Shown in pieces: positions 53,578 to 64,000 of a DNA stretch of 64,000 nucleotides. This stretch comes from a virus. Numbering within the stretch: position 1 is the first letter of the stretch; the number at the start of each line of letters is the position of its first letter. Location of the stretch: IMG/VR virus record IMGVR_UViG_3300045988_184100, positions 33,784-97,783 of that record; one strand, given 5' to 3'. Under the pieces are notes generated by a model. That model was given only the letters and a program-made list of their open reading frames with translations. It ran no database searches and was not told the DNA's origin. The position numbers and the translations under genes are program-made.

Positions 53578-53612
53578 AAAAAAATAGACCGGAGCCAAAA
53601 CTCCGGTCTATT
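53578..53612 (-). terminator. Intrinsic terminator of the second giant adhesin gene
   Basis: AGACCGGAGTTTTGGCTCCGGTCT followed by ATTTTTTTT on the minus strand. Confidence 0.5.
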
Positions 53613-53632
53613 TAATACCTTTGGTCCTACGT

Positions 53633-56600
53633 TTACTTATTTTTCTTTCTTCTCTTGACGTTGCTCACTACAACGACAATAATTGCAGTTCCCAAGGCAA
53701 TCGAGCCCAAAGAGACATACTTGCCGACGCCAGCGTCTCCAGTCTTGGGAGATGCGGTAACAGTCACAGTCTGTCCAGCATCATTGATGTCAGTATGGCT
53801 CAGGTACGGAGTCCCGTCCACACTTCCTCCGACATATAACTCCTCAAACACGACAATCTTCGCACCCTTGATGTTCGACGCAGCGAAGGAGAATTTCATG
53901 TCGATGGAGCCATCGGAGGCCTTCGGGGTAAATGTCAGCTTGGAGGTTACTTCCCTGCCGCCCGCATCGCGCAGAGCTTCCCCCGTCTGAGCATCCATCA
54001 ACCTGCCAACCAAGGTGTAATTCTGACCAACAGCCAACCCAGAATAACTCACGGTATCTACGACCACAAGGCGAGAGGCATAACCGCTGGACTTTGAGCC
54101 ATTGGCAAATGTCGCCGTAGTTCCCATGGTAGGACCGCTATAATGGATGCGGTCAACAGTAACCGTTTGTTTCTCGTCCATTATGTCAGCGTGAGTAGCG
54201 ACACTCATGTTGTTGTAGAGGAGCTCCTCGTACACAACGAGAGTTTTCCCCGCAACGGAACGAGCACCAAACACAAAGGAAACCGTCGTTGTTCCTTCGG
54301 CCTTTTCAGGCGTAAAGGTCGCAGTAGCGGTCAAGGGCTTTTTGTCCTTGTCCGTGATGGGTTTACCTTCGACCCAATTCCCAACAAATTTAACCTTTTC
54401 TACCAGAGTCCCGACCAAGGTGTACTCGTGACCGGGGATAAGTCCCTCATAGGTCACAGTGTCTACCAGCTCGGCTTTCTCATACGGAGAGAACGTCTTC
54501 TTCCCCGTAGAAGCATTGGCAGCAGAGGTCTTGATAGCAGGATTCGCAAAGGAAACGGTCTGTGCGGTGTCTTCCAAGTCCTCGTGAGTTGCCAAAGCCG
54601 TTTCATCTCCCTCGTTGTAATAGAGATACTCAAATACAACAATATCCTTGCCAGCGAGCGAACTCCCATCGAACTCAAACAAGACTTCAACAGAACCGAA
54701 GAGGTTGTCAGGAGTAAAGAATGTGGATGCAACAACAGAGTTGCCGTCCTTATCCTTCAAGGATTCTCCAGTAGATTTATCCATCAGCTTACCAACAAGT
54801 GTATACTTGTGAGCAGTTGAGAGATGGTCGTATTTTACAGAATCAGTCAAAACGACCTTCTCTGTGGGGTCAACCAGCTTTTCCCCATCGACTTTGTTTG
54901 TTGCGATGGTTTCAACAATGACGGGATTCTTAATCTCGACAGACTGGTTTTCGTCGTTGATATCACGGTGAGCGGCGACGACAGTCTCTCCGTAGTACAA
55001 GTCCTCAAAAACGACCAGAGTGCGCCCAAAGAAATCGCGTGCATCGAATTTGAACTCGACTACCACAGAACCGTTCTCGCCCTCAGGCGTGAACACTTTT
55101 TCAGCGGTGATAGACTTCCCTGATGCGACCTCCACCGGTTTGCCCGTGGACTTATCCATCAGGGTGCCAACGACCTTGTACGTATGTCCAGCAATGATGC
55201 CTTCGTAGTCCACAGTATCCTTCAGGATAACCTCGCTGGCGGGCTCAAACACCTTCGTGCCGTCAGCAGCATTTTCAGCGCAGGTCTTGATGGAAGATTT
55301 TACCACGGTCACAGTCTGGTCAGCATCCTCAATATCCTTGTGCGCCGCCACAGGTGCCTCGTCACCAGCAGTAAAGAACAGTTCCTCGAACACCACGATA
55401 TCGCGTCCCTTCGCGGCAGAAGCGTCGAAAGCGATAGCCGCAACAGCCGAGCCAGCAGTGCTTTCAGGCGTGAACTGCATCTCCGAAACGACGGGTTTGC
55501 CGTTATTCAGAACAGGCTCGCCAGTAGTTTTATCAACCAAGCTGCTTCTCAGTGTGTAGGCGTGTCCAGTAGACAGGTGACGATATACCACAGTATCATT
55601 GATGGTAGAAGTTTCAGAGGCATCAATGAACTTTCCTCCATCCACTGCGCTCAAAGCAACAGTCCGTACGATTTCAGGGTTGTGAACCGTAGTAGTCTGC
55701 TCCTCATCATTGATATCCTCATGGGACGCAATGACAGTTCCGTTGAAGAGTAGCTTCTCGAACGCCACGATGGTTTTGCCATACAACTCAGTTGCAGCGA
55801 AGGGGAATTCAACATCCACCGTGCCGCAGGGAGCATCAGGAGTAAACTCCACAGAAGAAGCCACGATACTTCCCGCAGTATCCTTGATGGGCTTGCCGGT
55901 TCCCTTATCCATCAGAGTTCCGGTCACGGTGTATCTATGTCCCACAATGAGATTGTTGTAAAACACGGTATCCTTCAGCGTAACCGTCTGGTCCGGTTCA
56001 AAGACCTTGCCATTATCTTCTTTGTTCACGGCAACAGTCCTTACTTCAGGGCTTGTTACAGAAACGGTCTGTTTTCCATCGTCGATATCCCTATGGACGG
56101 CGACCGGTTCAGTATCTTCGGAGTTGAAATAAATTTCCTCAAACACAACAATGTCTTTGCCCTTCAAGAAGGAAGCAGTGAAAACAAACTGCATATCCGC
56201 AGAACCGCTCGCCTCCACAGGCGTAAAGGACTGTTCAGACACAACCTCTGTGCCGCCATTTTTGATAGGCTCGCCCGTTTCCTTGTTCATTAACGTACCG
56301 CGTAAGGTGTATTCGTGGCCAGCAGACAGATGTTCATACGTAACAGTGTCGGTGATTTTCACATTGTCTGCGGGGTCAATCAGCTTACCGCCTCCAAGAG
56401 TTCCAACCGCCGTTGTGCCAGTGATGTTAGGCGCATAAACCGTCACCGTCTGTTCCCTGTCGTTGATATTTTCGTGAGAAGCAATCTCAGTGTCATTACA
56501 GAAAATCTTCTCGAAAACAACAATGTCTTTCCCGTACAACTCTGTGGCCGCAAAGGTAAACTCAACATCAACACTTCCGCCAGCAGCCTTCGCCTTAAAG

Positions 56601-59600
56601 GTCTTTTCAGCGGTAATCGTCTCGCCACTTTCATCGACCACAGGATTGCCAGTTGCCTTATCCATCAGCGTCCCGGAAACCTTATAAGTGTGACCCTCAA
56701 TCAGTCCAGAGAAAGAAACTGTATCGAGGATTGTAACTCTCTTATCCGGCTCAAGCATCTTACTTCCATCGACCTTATTGGAGGCAACAGTCTTCACCTT
56801 AGGATTGGAAACAGTAACAGTCTGGCCGACATCTCCAAGGTCCTTATGTGCTGCCGCAGCAATCGTTTGATTTTCGTAAAACAACTCCTCGAAAACAACA
56901 ATTTTCTTCCCCTGCAGCCCAGATGCATCGAAGACGAATTCCATGTCGATAGAGCCTTCCGCTTTCTTCGCTGTGAAGGATTTTTCAACTACAATAGGTT
57001 TATTGTTTAGCAAAACGGGTTCTCCGGAGGACTGGAAAACAAGTGTTCCACGCAACTTGAAATCGTGTTTTATAGGTAGATGTGCATACTTTACAGTATC
57101 CTTGATAACCACATTTCTGGCTGCATCAATGTACTTGCTGCCGCCCTCACCGTTCACGGCGGTCGTATTGGTCAGTTCAGGATTATAGAATGTTGCCGAC
57201 TGGTCAACATCGTTAATGTCCTCATGCTTGGCAATAATGTGACCGCCGTAGGAAACGGTTTCAAAGGCTACGACCGTTTTACCGAACAGCTCAGAAGAGT
57301 CGAATGTAAAATAGACATCCACAGACCCATCCATGGACTTGGGAACGAATACTGTTCTCCCTGAAATCTCGCCATTTCCGCCAACAAGAACACGTCCAGT
57401 AGCTTTGTCCATCAAGTGCCCCTCGGCGACATAGGTGTGACCGGGGATGAGGTTGTGATAAGTAACGGTATCTACCAAAACCGTAGACAGAGAAGAAACA
57501 AAGAACTGGTTCTTATCAGGACTTGCCTTCATGGTAGTTCCGATGCTCGGCTCCATTACCGTAACGGTTTGAGCTTCGTCACGAAGGTCTTTGTGTGTCG
57601 CACAAGGAGCAGCGTCCGTTTCGTTAAAGAACAGTTCCTCAAACACAACTACATTTTTACCAGCAAGGAGAGATGCATCCAATGCGAAAGTCACGTCCAC
57701 ATCACCAGACGTACGCTTCGGAGTGAATTTCACCCGTGTTGCAGTGCCGGGAATTTCCTCACCAGTTCCTCCATTCATCAATCGCCCCACTAAGGTGTAC
57801 TCGTGACCGGGAGTTACATGGGAATAGGAAACGGTGTCTGTTATAGAGGTTTCCTTCGCCGCATCAAGCATCTTACCCTTGCCATCCGTATTCACAGCCC
57901 TTGTCGAGATGCTGGGAACATTGATTGTTACGGTCTGACTTCTGTCGTCAAGGTCCCTATGCTCCGCAATTACCGTTCCGTTAAACACGAGTTCCTCAAA
58001 CACAACCAGAGATTTTCCGTAGAGCTGCGAAGCGTCAAAAACAAACTCCACCTTAACCTTGCCGGCAGCACTGCGAGCTATAAATGATGTTGTTCCGGTA
58101 ACGGGGTTGCCATCCGTATTCAGAACCGGCGTACCGGTCTTTTTATCCATCAGGACACCATTTACCGTGTACTCATGTCCCTTGCACAGACCCTCATAAC
58201 TCACGGTATCTACCAGTCTGACAGCGCTCTTAGGGTCAAAGAACTTGGAGTTATCTTCCGCATTCTTCGCACTGGTCTTAATAGCTGGTGTGCTGAAGGT
58301 CAGGCTCTGTTTCAGGTCGGAAATGTCCGTATGCGTCCCTGCGGGAATTTCATCGCCCTCGTTGAAGTACAGATACTCAAAAACAACGAGCGTCTTCCCT
58401 GCCATATTGCTGGCGTCAAATGTAAACTCGACGTTGACCGCCCCCGCGACCCGCTGCGGCGTGAATACGGTTTTGCCGGCAATCTCGTCACCCTTCGCAT
58501 CCAGCAAAGGAAGCCCTGTCATTTTATCCATCAGCTTACCTACAACGGTATATTCATGGTCAGGGGTTAAGTGGCGATAATAAACAGTGTCCACAATATG
58601 CGTTCCCTTGGCAGGGTCAATCAGGTTTGTATCGCCGTCATTATTCAGAGCCTTTGTACTCAGCGCAGGAGCGAAGAACACAGCCTCCTGTTTCTCGTCA
58701 GCGAGGTCTTTGTGCTCGGCAATAACTGTGTTGTGGTAATACAGGGACTCGAAGGCAATGACACTCTGACCATACAGGATAGAGGCGTTTAGCGTGAATT
58801 TAACATCAACATTTCCATCCTTGGTCGTCGGAACGAAGTCTGCCTCACCGGACACCAAATTTCCATTACCGTCGCGGATAACATCGCCGGTGTCTTTGGA
58901 AACGAGATTGCCCTTCACCTTGTACCTGTGACCGGGTACGAGGTCTGTATAGGTCACAGTATCCGTAATGGTAATTTCATTCAGCGGCTCGAAATAGTTA
59001 TTCAGAGAGATGCTCTCATTGATGGTCGTGTGAATTGTAGGAGCGTTCACGACAACTGTCTGCCCTTCATCGCCGATATCCTTATGGATGGCACAAGGTG
59101 TGCTGTCAGATGCACGGAAATACAGCTCTTCGTACACAACAAGGGAATCTCCATCAAGACCAGAAGCATCAAATGTAAAGACCATTTCGGTGCTGCCCTT
59201 AGACGCAGACGGCGTAAATGTGTTCGTCACCGTTACAGTGCGTCCACCAGAAACAACAGCCTCACCTGTTCGCTTATTCATCACTGTACCGATGATAGTG
59301 TACTCCTGCCCTATGGTAAGATGTTCGTAAGCAATCGTATCCTTAATGACAACATTTTTCGCAGGGTCAATAAACTTACCCGTACCCTCACCATCAATAG
59401 CGGTAGTGCCAATCTTCGGGCTGTAGACATTCACGGTCTGCTCGGCATCTGCTTCATCTTCGTGGACGGTAAGGACAACACCCCTGTAAGACAGTTTTTC
59501 AAACACGACCAGAGTATGTCCATACAGTTCCGAAGCATCAAAAACGAACTCGACATCCACAGTACCGGCCTTCGCCGTGGGCGTAAATCTTGTTGTGCCG

Positions 59601-62600
59601 GTAATTTCATTTCCGGCAGCATCCTTCACAAACTCGCCTGTCGTTTTATCAAACACCTTTCCGGTCAACAGATAGGTGTGCCCCTCAACGACCTTTTCAT
59701 ACGCAACAGAGTCCCTGACCTTCACCATGTACTGCGGGTCAAGGAATTTAGTTCCGTCTTCGGCGTTGGTTGCATGAGTGGTAATCTCAGGCGCCTCGAC
59801 TGTTACGGTCTGTTCCGCGTCCTCAATGTCCTCGTGCGTTGCAACGGGGATATCGCTGCTGATGGCAACATGATAGAGTTTCTCGAACGCGACAAGCTGC
59901 ACACCCGCAATCTCAGTTGCATCGAAGGTGAAGGTAACATCTACCGAGCCTTCCGTTGTCGCCGGAGTAAAGGTTGTCGTTCCGACAATGTATGTTCCGT
60001 TATCGTCCTTTGCCGGCTGCTGCGTGTCCCTATCCATCATCTGCCCCTTCAAAACGTACTTATGTCCGGGAGTGAGATGCTTATAGGACACCGTATCCAC
60101 GATAGATACGCCGATGGAGGGGTCAACAACCTTCACATTTCCATCAGGGTTGACGGCGGAAGTTTTAATTTCGGGTGCGAAGAAGGATACGGTCTGGTCC
60201 GCGTCCGAAATGCTCTTGTGGGTTGCCACCTCTACACCGTCACGATGCAGCGTATCATATACAACTACAGCATCTCCAGCAATAAGAGAAGCATCGAATG
60301 TAAAGGACAGCACGGTGGACCCCTCAAAGTTGTTGCCGCCAACAAAGGTATTCGTAGCAGTTATCCTGTGACCGGCGCCATCCAGAAGAGGCTCGCCAGT
60401 AGACTTCAAAACCAGATAACCATTCACCGTATAGGTTTTGCCGGGAATGACATCGGTACAGGACACCGTATCCTTAATTGTCACAGATGTCAGGGGTTCC
60501 ATGGTTTTCTCCCCCGCCTCGCCCTTAGCTACAGTCTTGATTTGAGGCGTTACAGGCACATCTGTCATCTTCACGACAACGACCTTTTCCCCGTCATTCA
60601 TGGTTGTACTTTCAAAATCAACATTGAATATAACGGGAGTGGAGTTCAAGCGATAGCCACGAGGAGCTTTGGTTTCCACCAGCTTATAGCCGCGACCAAA
60701 AGGAAGTTCTTCGGGGGTTATCAAATTTCCGTCATTATCCGTCCTAAATGTATCAATGTTTTTAGCCCCAGCCTTGAGGGACACAAGAGTTCCATCTGGG
60801 TCGTATATCTGGAACTCAGCTCCGCTGTAAGGAACTTGAACATTGTCCATTGCGTCCTGTTTTACCACTCGAACAGAAGCATAATAAGGACGGTCATTAA
60901 GCACATAGAAATAAGTTTTCCCATTCTCGGAAATAGTCACCTCAAAGCCAAAAAGCATATCTGCGTGTTCAAAATGCTTTGTCTGCTCGATAACATATGT
61001 GCCGTAAGGCAGCGCCTTGGTTGTCGCATACCCGTCCTCGTCCACAACAATGTGGTCTCTATCGGTGGTCTTCGCAGCAGCGTAGCTTCCTGCCGCCTTC
61101 AGGTAGACATCGAACTCAGCGCCAACTTCGGGTGTGACCTTTCCGGTCGGGAGGGATTCCTCGACGCCGGTAGGACCGACATCCGAGTGCTTGAAAATCT
61201 TAATGTAGCCCTTGATGACCTTTTCTGTTACGCCCAAATCGGGGGCTGCATTGATTTCGATGACGTAGTTCTTCGCCTCAGCGCCTACTTGATATACACT
61301 GTCATCCAGCAGATAGCCGACGGACGGAACAATTTCCTTGATGGTCCAATTATCGCCGCAAACATAGACGTCCGTAGCAAACTTTCCATTCGCATCAGTG
61401 GTGTACTGTTTCACCAGTTCGTCGCCATTATACAGGCCATAAACGGCGCCCTGCAAGGTGGCGTTGCCCTGCGCTGTCGTCGTCTCGATATCGCGCTTTG
61501 TAACGGTCACAGACCACTTCTTCAGCACATTATGAACAGAAACAGTTGTGGTCTTGTCCAGCTTTACATTGATGCCGCCCTTTACTGCAGGAATGACATA
61601 CCGTGCAGCGGTGTCAACTTCCTCCAGCGCGTAGTTGTAACCCACAAGAACATTATTGAAGGTTGCAATACCGGAAGCATTCGTCACAGCCATCATGTCT
61701 ACGCGCTGACCCTGTGCAGAAGTACCTGTCAGGTGGAACTTGATGCCCTCAACGATACCGTCTTCAGAGGTCTTGGTCACACTCACTGTACCGCGAGCCA
61801 ACTTATTATGCACATTGGCGTTCGTAGTTTTATTCAGCGTTACATTTATGCCAGAAACGACATCCGGTACGATATACTTTTCGGCGGTGCCAACTTCCCG
61901 AACGGAATAGTTCTCGCCAATCAGGACGTCAGAGAAGGTTGCCACGCCTTTGGCGTTGGTGGTCGCGGTCATATCCACCGCGTCACCATTACCTGCCGTG
62001 CCGGTCAATCGGAACTTGATGCCGGAAACCAGCCCGTCCTCAGCAGTCTTCGTAACAGTAACCGTTCCGCGAGCCAGCTTGTTGTAAACCGAAGCCTCCG
62101 TGGTTTTCCCCACAGTGATTGTAATACCGTTCTGCACCGCAGGGACAACATAGCGGGCAGCCGTATCAACCTCCGTTAGAACGTAGCTGTTGCCCACCAG
62201 CACATTCTTGAACTCAGCAATGCCCACTGCATTGGTAGTCGCATCCAGAGACACCGCAGCTCCAGATGTAGAGGTGCCTTCCAGATGGAACTTCACGCCG
62301 GACACGAATCCGTCTTCAGACGTCTTGGTAACGCGAAGACTTCCACGCGCAAGGTCATTGTGGAAGGACAGCTTCGTAGTGTCGTTGACCCTCACGGTAA
62401 CGCCATCCTGCACATCCGGAACAACGTAGCGGGTAGGGGTGCTGGACTCCTGTACTGTGTACCTTGTCCCAATGGGCACATTGGAGAAGGTCGCAACGCC
62501 CTGAGCGTCCGTCTTTGCCGTCATGCTGACGGTCGTCCCCGCGTCAGAAGTACCTGTCAGCGTAAATGAAAGATTGCTCACAACGCCGTCTTCGGATGTC

Positions 62601-64000
62601 TTCGTCACCTGAACGACACCTACCTTGAGCCTATTCTGGACAGATACAGAGGATTTACGATTGATGGTCACTGTAACATTGACGGGATTCACGGCCTGAT
62701 AATAGGCTGGCACGTTGACTTCCGACACTATGTAGCTTCCAATAAGGACGTTCGAGAATGTCGCAACACCGGAGGCATTGGTCACAGCATACAGGTCAAC
62801 AGCGGTGCCGTCGATGGATGTTCCCTGCAAGCGGAACTTCACATTGGCAACTTTCCCGTCCTCAGAAGACTTCGTAACTTGAACCGAACCACGCGCCAAC
62901 TTGTTGCTGACAGTCGCCCGCACAGTCGAGTTATACTGCACCGTGACATTCTGCGCGGACACGGGGGCGTACTGCCTACCTGTATTTACTTCCGTCAGCG
63001 TATATGTACCGACAAGCACATTGGAGAACGTGGCCACGCCGCTGGCGTTGGTTGTTTCAGTAAGGTTTACTGTCTGGCCAGACAAAGACGTGCCCTTCAG
63101 ATTAAATTGGACTCCGCTTACTTTTCCATCTTCGGAGGTCTTTGTGACAGTCACGTTGCCGCGAGCCAATTTATTTTCGAATGTTTTGGTTACAGACGTA
63201 TTAGGCGTCGAAAGCGTAAACGTCTGGCTGGCAGGGGCTACATATCTTCTGGGCGTATTTACCTCGGCAAGAACATAGTTGGAACCCAAGGGGACATTGG
63301 AGAACGTAGCCTTGCCGTTCGCATCTGTGGTCGCAGACAGATTTACAGTATCTCCCGCGTAAGACGTTCCCTTCAGTGTAAAGGTGAACCCTTGCAGAAC
63401 TCCATCTTCCGATGTCTTCGTTACCTGCACGGTACACCGAGACACTTTGTTCTGGAAGGAGACACTCGCCGTACCTCCAATCGTAACTGTCGCAGTCTGA
63501 ACCCGATTCACAGCATAGTATCCTAACGGCGAAGTTTCTGTAATCGTGTAAGTTCCGGGCTGCAGGTCTGTAATGCTGATTTTGCCGGATGCATTTGTCT
63601 TAAAGAGTCGGTTATACCCATTCGGCCCAGTTACAGTAAAACTAACGTTGGAAATGTTTTTCCCATTTTCAGACGTTTTTGAGATGTTCAGATTACCGGT
63701 TGTTTGCGTAACCTTGGCGCGGACGTAGGCAGTAACGGGGTCGGGTCGCCCGTTCAGCGCAACACAATTCTGCTTTCCTCCACCCGCGACGAGGAGATAA
63801 GCATTGATGCTGTCGGGGTTAATCGTATTGCCCTCGGAAGGGCGAGATACAATCCCGTTCAGCATACTCTTCGCAGCTTCCGGTGTGGCTGTAATTGTAA
63901 GAGTGTTTCCGCTCTGAGAGGTGCTAACACCGGGAAGGGAAAACTTGAAGCGTCTAAAATTTCTCAAGACGCTGTTTGTATCTGTCCTTGTAGCCGTCCA
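53633..64000 (-). CDS. Second giant sortase-anchored adhesin, over 3450 aa, paralog of 46106-51856; the N-terminus lies beyond the window end
   Basis: The reading frame stays open upstream of the ORF-track TTG at 63967 (WTATRTDTNSVLRNF...). More than 20 Thr-Gln ester-type repeats (H.D..D..QT). C-terminal SPKTGDAG, hydrophobic helix, KRRKKNK sorting signal. Confidence 0.75.
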   Translation of the reverse strand, partial: WTATRTDTNSVLRNFRRFKFSLPGVSTSQSGNTLTITATPEAAKSMLNGIVSRPSEGNTINPDSINAYLLVAGGGKQNCVALNGRPDPVTAYVRAKVTQTTGNLNISKTSENGKNISNVSFTVTGPNGYNRLFKTNASGKISITDLQPGTYTITETSPLGYYAVNRVQTATVTIGGTASVSFQNKVSRCTVQVTKTSEDGVLQGFTFTLKGTSYAGDTVNLSATTDANGKATFSNVPLGSNYVLAEVNTPRRYVAPASQTFTLSTPNTSVTKTFENKLARGNVTVTKTSEDGKVSGVQFNLKGTSLSGQTVNLTETTNASGVATFSNVLVGTYTLTEVNTGRQYAPVSAQNVTVQYNSTVRATVSNKLARGSVQVTKSSEDGKVANVKFRLQGTSIDGTAVDLYAVTNASGVATFSNVLIGSYIVSEVNVPAYYQAVNPVNVTVTINRKSSVSVQNRLKVGVVQVTKTSEDGVVSNLSFTLTGTSDAGTTVSMTAKTDAQGVATFSNVPIGTRYTVQESSTPTRYVVPDVQDGVTVRVNDTTKLSFHNDLARGSLRVTKTSEDGFVSGVKFHLEGTSTSGAAVSLDATTNAVGIAEFKNVLVGNSYVLTEVDTAARYVVPAVQNGITITVGKTTEASVYNKLARGTVTVTKTAEDGLVSGIKFRLTGTAGNGDAVDMTATTNAKGVATFSDVLIGENYSVREVGTAEKYIVPDVVSGINVTLNKTTNANVHNKLARGTVSVTKTSEDGIVEGIKFHLTGTSAQGQRVDMMAVTNASGIATFNNVLVGYNYALEEVDTAARYVIPAVKGGINVKLDKTTTVSVHNVLKKWSVTVTKRDIETTTAQGNATLQGAVYGLYNGDELVKQYTTDANGKFATDVYVCGDNWTIKEIVPSVGYLLDDSVYQVGAEAKNYVIEINAAPDLGVTEKVIKGYIKIFKHSDVGPTGVEESLPTGKVTPEVGAEFDVYLKAAGSYAAAKTTDRDHIVVDEDGYATTKALPYGTYVIEQTKHFEHADMLFGFEVTISENGKTYFYVLNDRPYYASVRVVKQDAMDNVQVPYSGAEFQIYDPDGTLVSLKAGAKNIDTFRTDNDGNLITPEELPFGRGYKLVETKAPRGYRLNSTPVIFNVDFESTTMNDGEKVVVVKMTDVPVTPQIKTVAKGEAGEKTMEPLTSVTIKDTVSCTDVIPGKTYTVNGYLVLKSTGEPLLDGAGHRITATNTFVGGNNFEGSTVLSFTFDASLIAGDAVVVYDTLHRDGVEVATHKSISDADQTVSFFAPEIKTSAVNPDGNVKVVDPSIGVSIVDTVSYKHLTPGHKYVLKGQMMDRDTQQPAKDDNGTYIVGTTTFTPATTEGSVDVTFTFDATEIAGVQLVAFEKLYHVAISSDIPVATHEDIEDAEQTVTVEAPEITTHATNAEDGTKFLDPQYMVKVRDSVAYEKVVEGHTYLLTGKVFDKTTGEFVKDAAGNEITGTTRFTPTAKAGTVDVEFVFDASELYGHTLVVFEKLSYRGVVLTVHEDEADAEQTVNVYSPKIGTTAIDGEGTGKFIDPAKNVVIKDTIAYEHLTIGQEYTIIGTVMNKRTGEAVVSGGRTVTVTNTFTPSASKGSTEMVFTFDASGLDGDSLVVYEELYFRASDSTPCAIHKDIGDEGQTVVVNAPTIHTTINESISLNNYFEPLNEITITDTVTYTDLVPGHRYKVKGNLVSKDTGDVIRDGNGNLVSGEADFVPTTKDGNVDVKFTLNASILYGQSVIAFESLYYHNTVIAEHKDLADEKQEAVFFAPALSTKALNNDGDTNLIDPAKGTHIVDTVYYRHLTPDHEYTVVGKLMDKMTGLPLLDAKGDEIAGKTVFTPQRVAGAVNVEFTFDASNMAGKTLVVFEYLYFNEGDEIPAGTHTDISDLKQSLTFSTPAIKTSAKNAEDNSKFFDPKSAVRLVDTVSYEGLCKGHEYTVNGVLMDKKTGTPVLNTDGNPVTGTTSFIARSAAGKVKVEFVFDASQLYGKSLVVFEELVFNGTVIAEHRDLDDRSQTVTINVPSISTRAVNTDGKGKMLDAAKETSITDTVSYSHVTPGHEYTLVGRLMNGGTGEEIPGTATRVKFTPKRTSGDVDVTFALDASLLAGKNVVVFEELFFNETDAAPCATHKDLRDEAQTVTVMEPSIGTTMKASPDKNQFFVSSLSTVLVDTVTYHNLIPGHTYVAEGHLMDKATGRVLVGGNGEISGRTVFVPKSMDGSVDVYFTFDSSELFGKTVVAFETVSYGGHIIAKHEDINDVDQSATFYNPELTNTTAVNGEGGSKYIDAARNVVIKDTVKYAHLPIKHDFKLRGTLVFQSSGEPVLLNNKPIVVEKSFTAKKAEGSIDMEFVFDASGLQGKKIVVFEELFYENQTIAAAAHKDLGDVGQTVTVSNPKVKTVASNKVDGSKMLEPDKRVTILDTVSFSGLIEGHTYKVSGTLMDKATGNPVVDESGETITAEKTFKAKAAGGSVDVEFTFAATELYGKDIVVFEKIFCNDTEIASHENINDREQTVTVYAPNITGTTAVGTLGGGKLIDPADNVKITDTVTYEHLSAGHEYTLRGTLMNKETGEPIKNGGTEVVSEQSFTPVEASGSADMQFVFTASFLKGKDIVVFEEIYFNSEDTEPVAVHRDIDDGKQTVSVTSPEVRTVAVNKEDNGKVFEPDQTVTLKDTVFYNNLIVGHRYTVTGTLMDKGTGKPIKDTAGSIVASSVEFTPDAPCGTVDVEFPFAATELYGKTIVAFEKLLFNGTVIASHEDINDEEQTTTVHNPEIVRTVALSAVDGGKFIDASETSTINDTVVYRHLSTGHAYTLRSSLVDKTTGEPVLNNGKPVVSEMQFTPESTAGSAVAAIAFDASAAKGRDIVVFEELFFTAGDEAPVAAHKDIEDADQTVTVVKSSIKTCAENAADGTKVFEPASEVILKDTVDYEGIIAGHTYKVVGTLMDKSTGKPVEVASGKSITAEKVFTPEGENGSVVVEFKFDARDFFGRTLVVFEDLYYGETVVAAHRDINDENQSVEIKNPVIVETIATNKVDGEKLVDPTEKVVLTDSVKYDHLSTAHKYTLVGKLMDKSTGESLKDKDGNSVVASTFFTPDNLFGSVEVLFEFDGSSLAGKDIVVFEYLYYNEGDETALATHEDLEDTAQTVSFANPAIKTSAANASTGKKTFSPYEKAELVDTVTYEGLIPGHEYTLVGTLVEKVKFVGNWVEGKPITDKDKKPLTATATFTPEKAEGTTTVSFVFGARSVAGKTLVVYEELLYNNMSVATHADIMDEKQTVTVDRIHYSGPTMGTTATFANGSKSSGYASRLVVVDTVSYSGLAVGQNYTLVGRLMDAQTGEALRDAGGREVTSKLTFTPKASDGSIDMKFSFAASNIKGAKIVVFEELYVGGSVDGTPYLSHTDINDAGQTVTVTASPKTGDAGVGKYVSLGSIALGTAIIVVVVSNVKRRKKNK

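Overview
This window looks like a low-GC Gram-positive chromosome segment, probably Clostridia-like. The indicators are strong AGGAGG-type Shine-Dalgarno sites, a Cheo-type LexA box, and giant sortase-anchored adhesins with Thr-Gln ester-bond domains. Right-hand two thirds (about 31.1-64 kb, mostly minus strand): tRNA-Ser, flotillin, a NucA/EndA-like secreted nuclease, a YdjM-like SOS gene, topoisomerase III, several membrane proteins and lipoproteins, and two huge paralogous cell-wall adhesins, the second running off the window end. Left third: a compact, mostly plus-strand block of phage- or plasmid-like accessory genes (7.3-27.3 kb; MazF/PemK-like toxin, VRR-NUC-like, ASCH, YopX, MoxR-like AAA+ with a VWA partner, HD-domain protein, many unknowns). 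This block is organised into units, each driven by a near-identical promoter plus leader-terminator module that occurs four times. Upstream of it sit a minus-strand tRNA operon (Gly, Thr, Thr and one atypical tRNA) and a recG operon. The most unusual feature is a duplicated RNA module: a conserved structured scaffold of about 140 nt joined to a CRISPR-like mini-array of 36-nt hairpin repeats with 20-30-nt unique spacers. Copy L (173-402) lies directly 3' of a TnpB-family gene whose RuvC-I aspartate is replaced and whose RuvC-III and zinc-finger region is missing, so it resembles nuclease-dead TldR-like proteins. Copy R (30831-31138) is an orphan that abuts the CCA end of tRNA-Ser with no gap and sits directly upstream of a five-gene operon of unknown function. 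The two copies are in direct orientation and bracket the roughly 30-kb accessory region. No cas genes, integrase, or phage structural genes are present.
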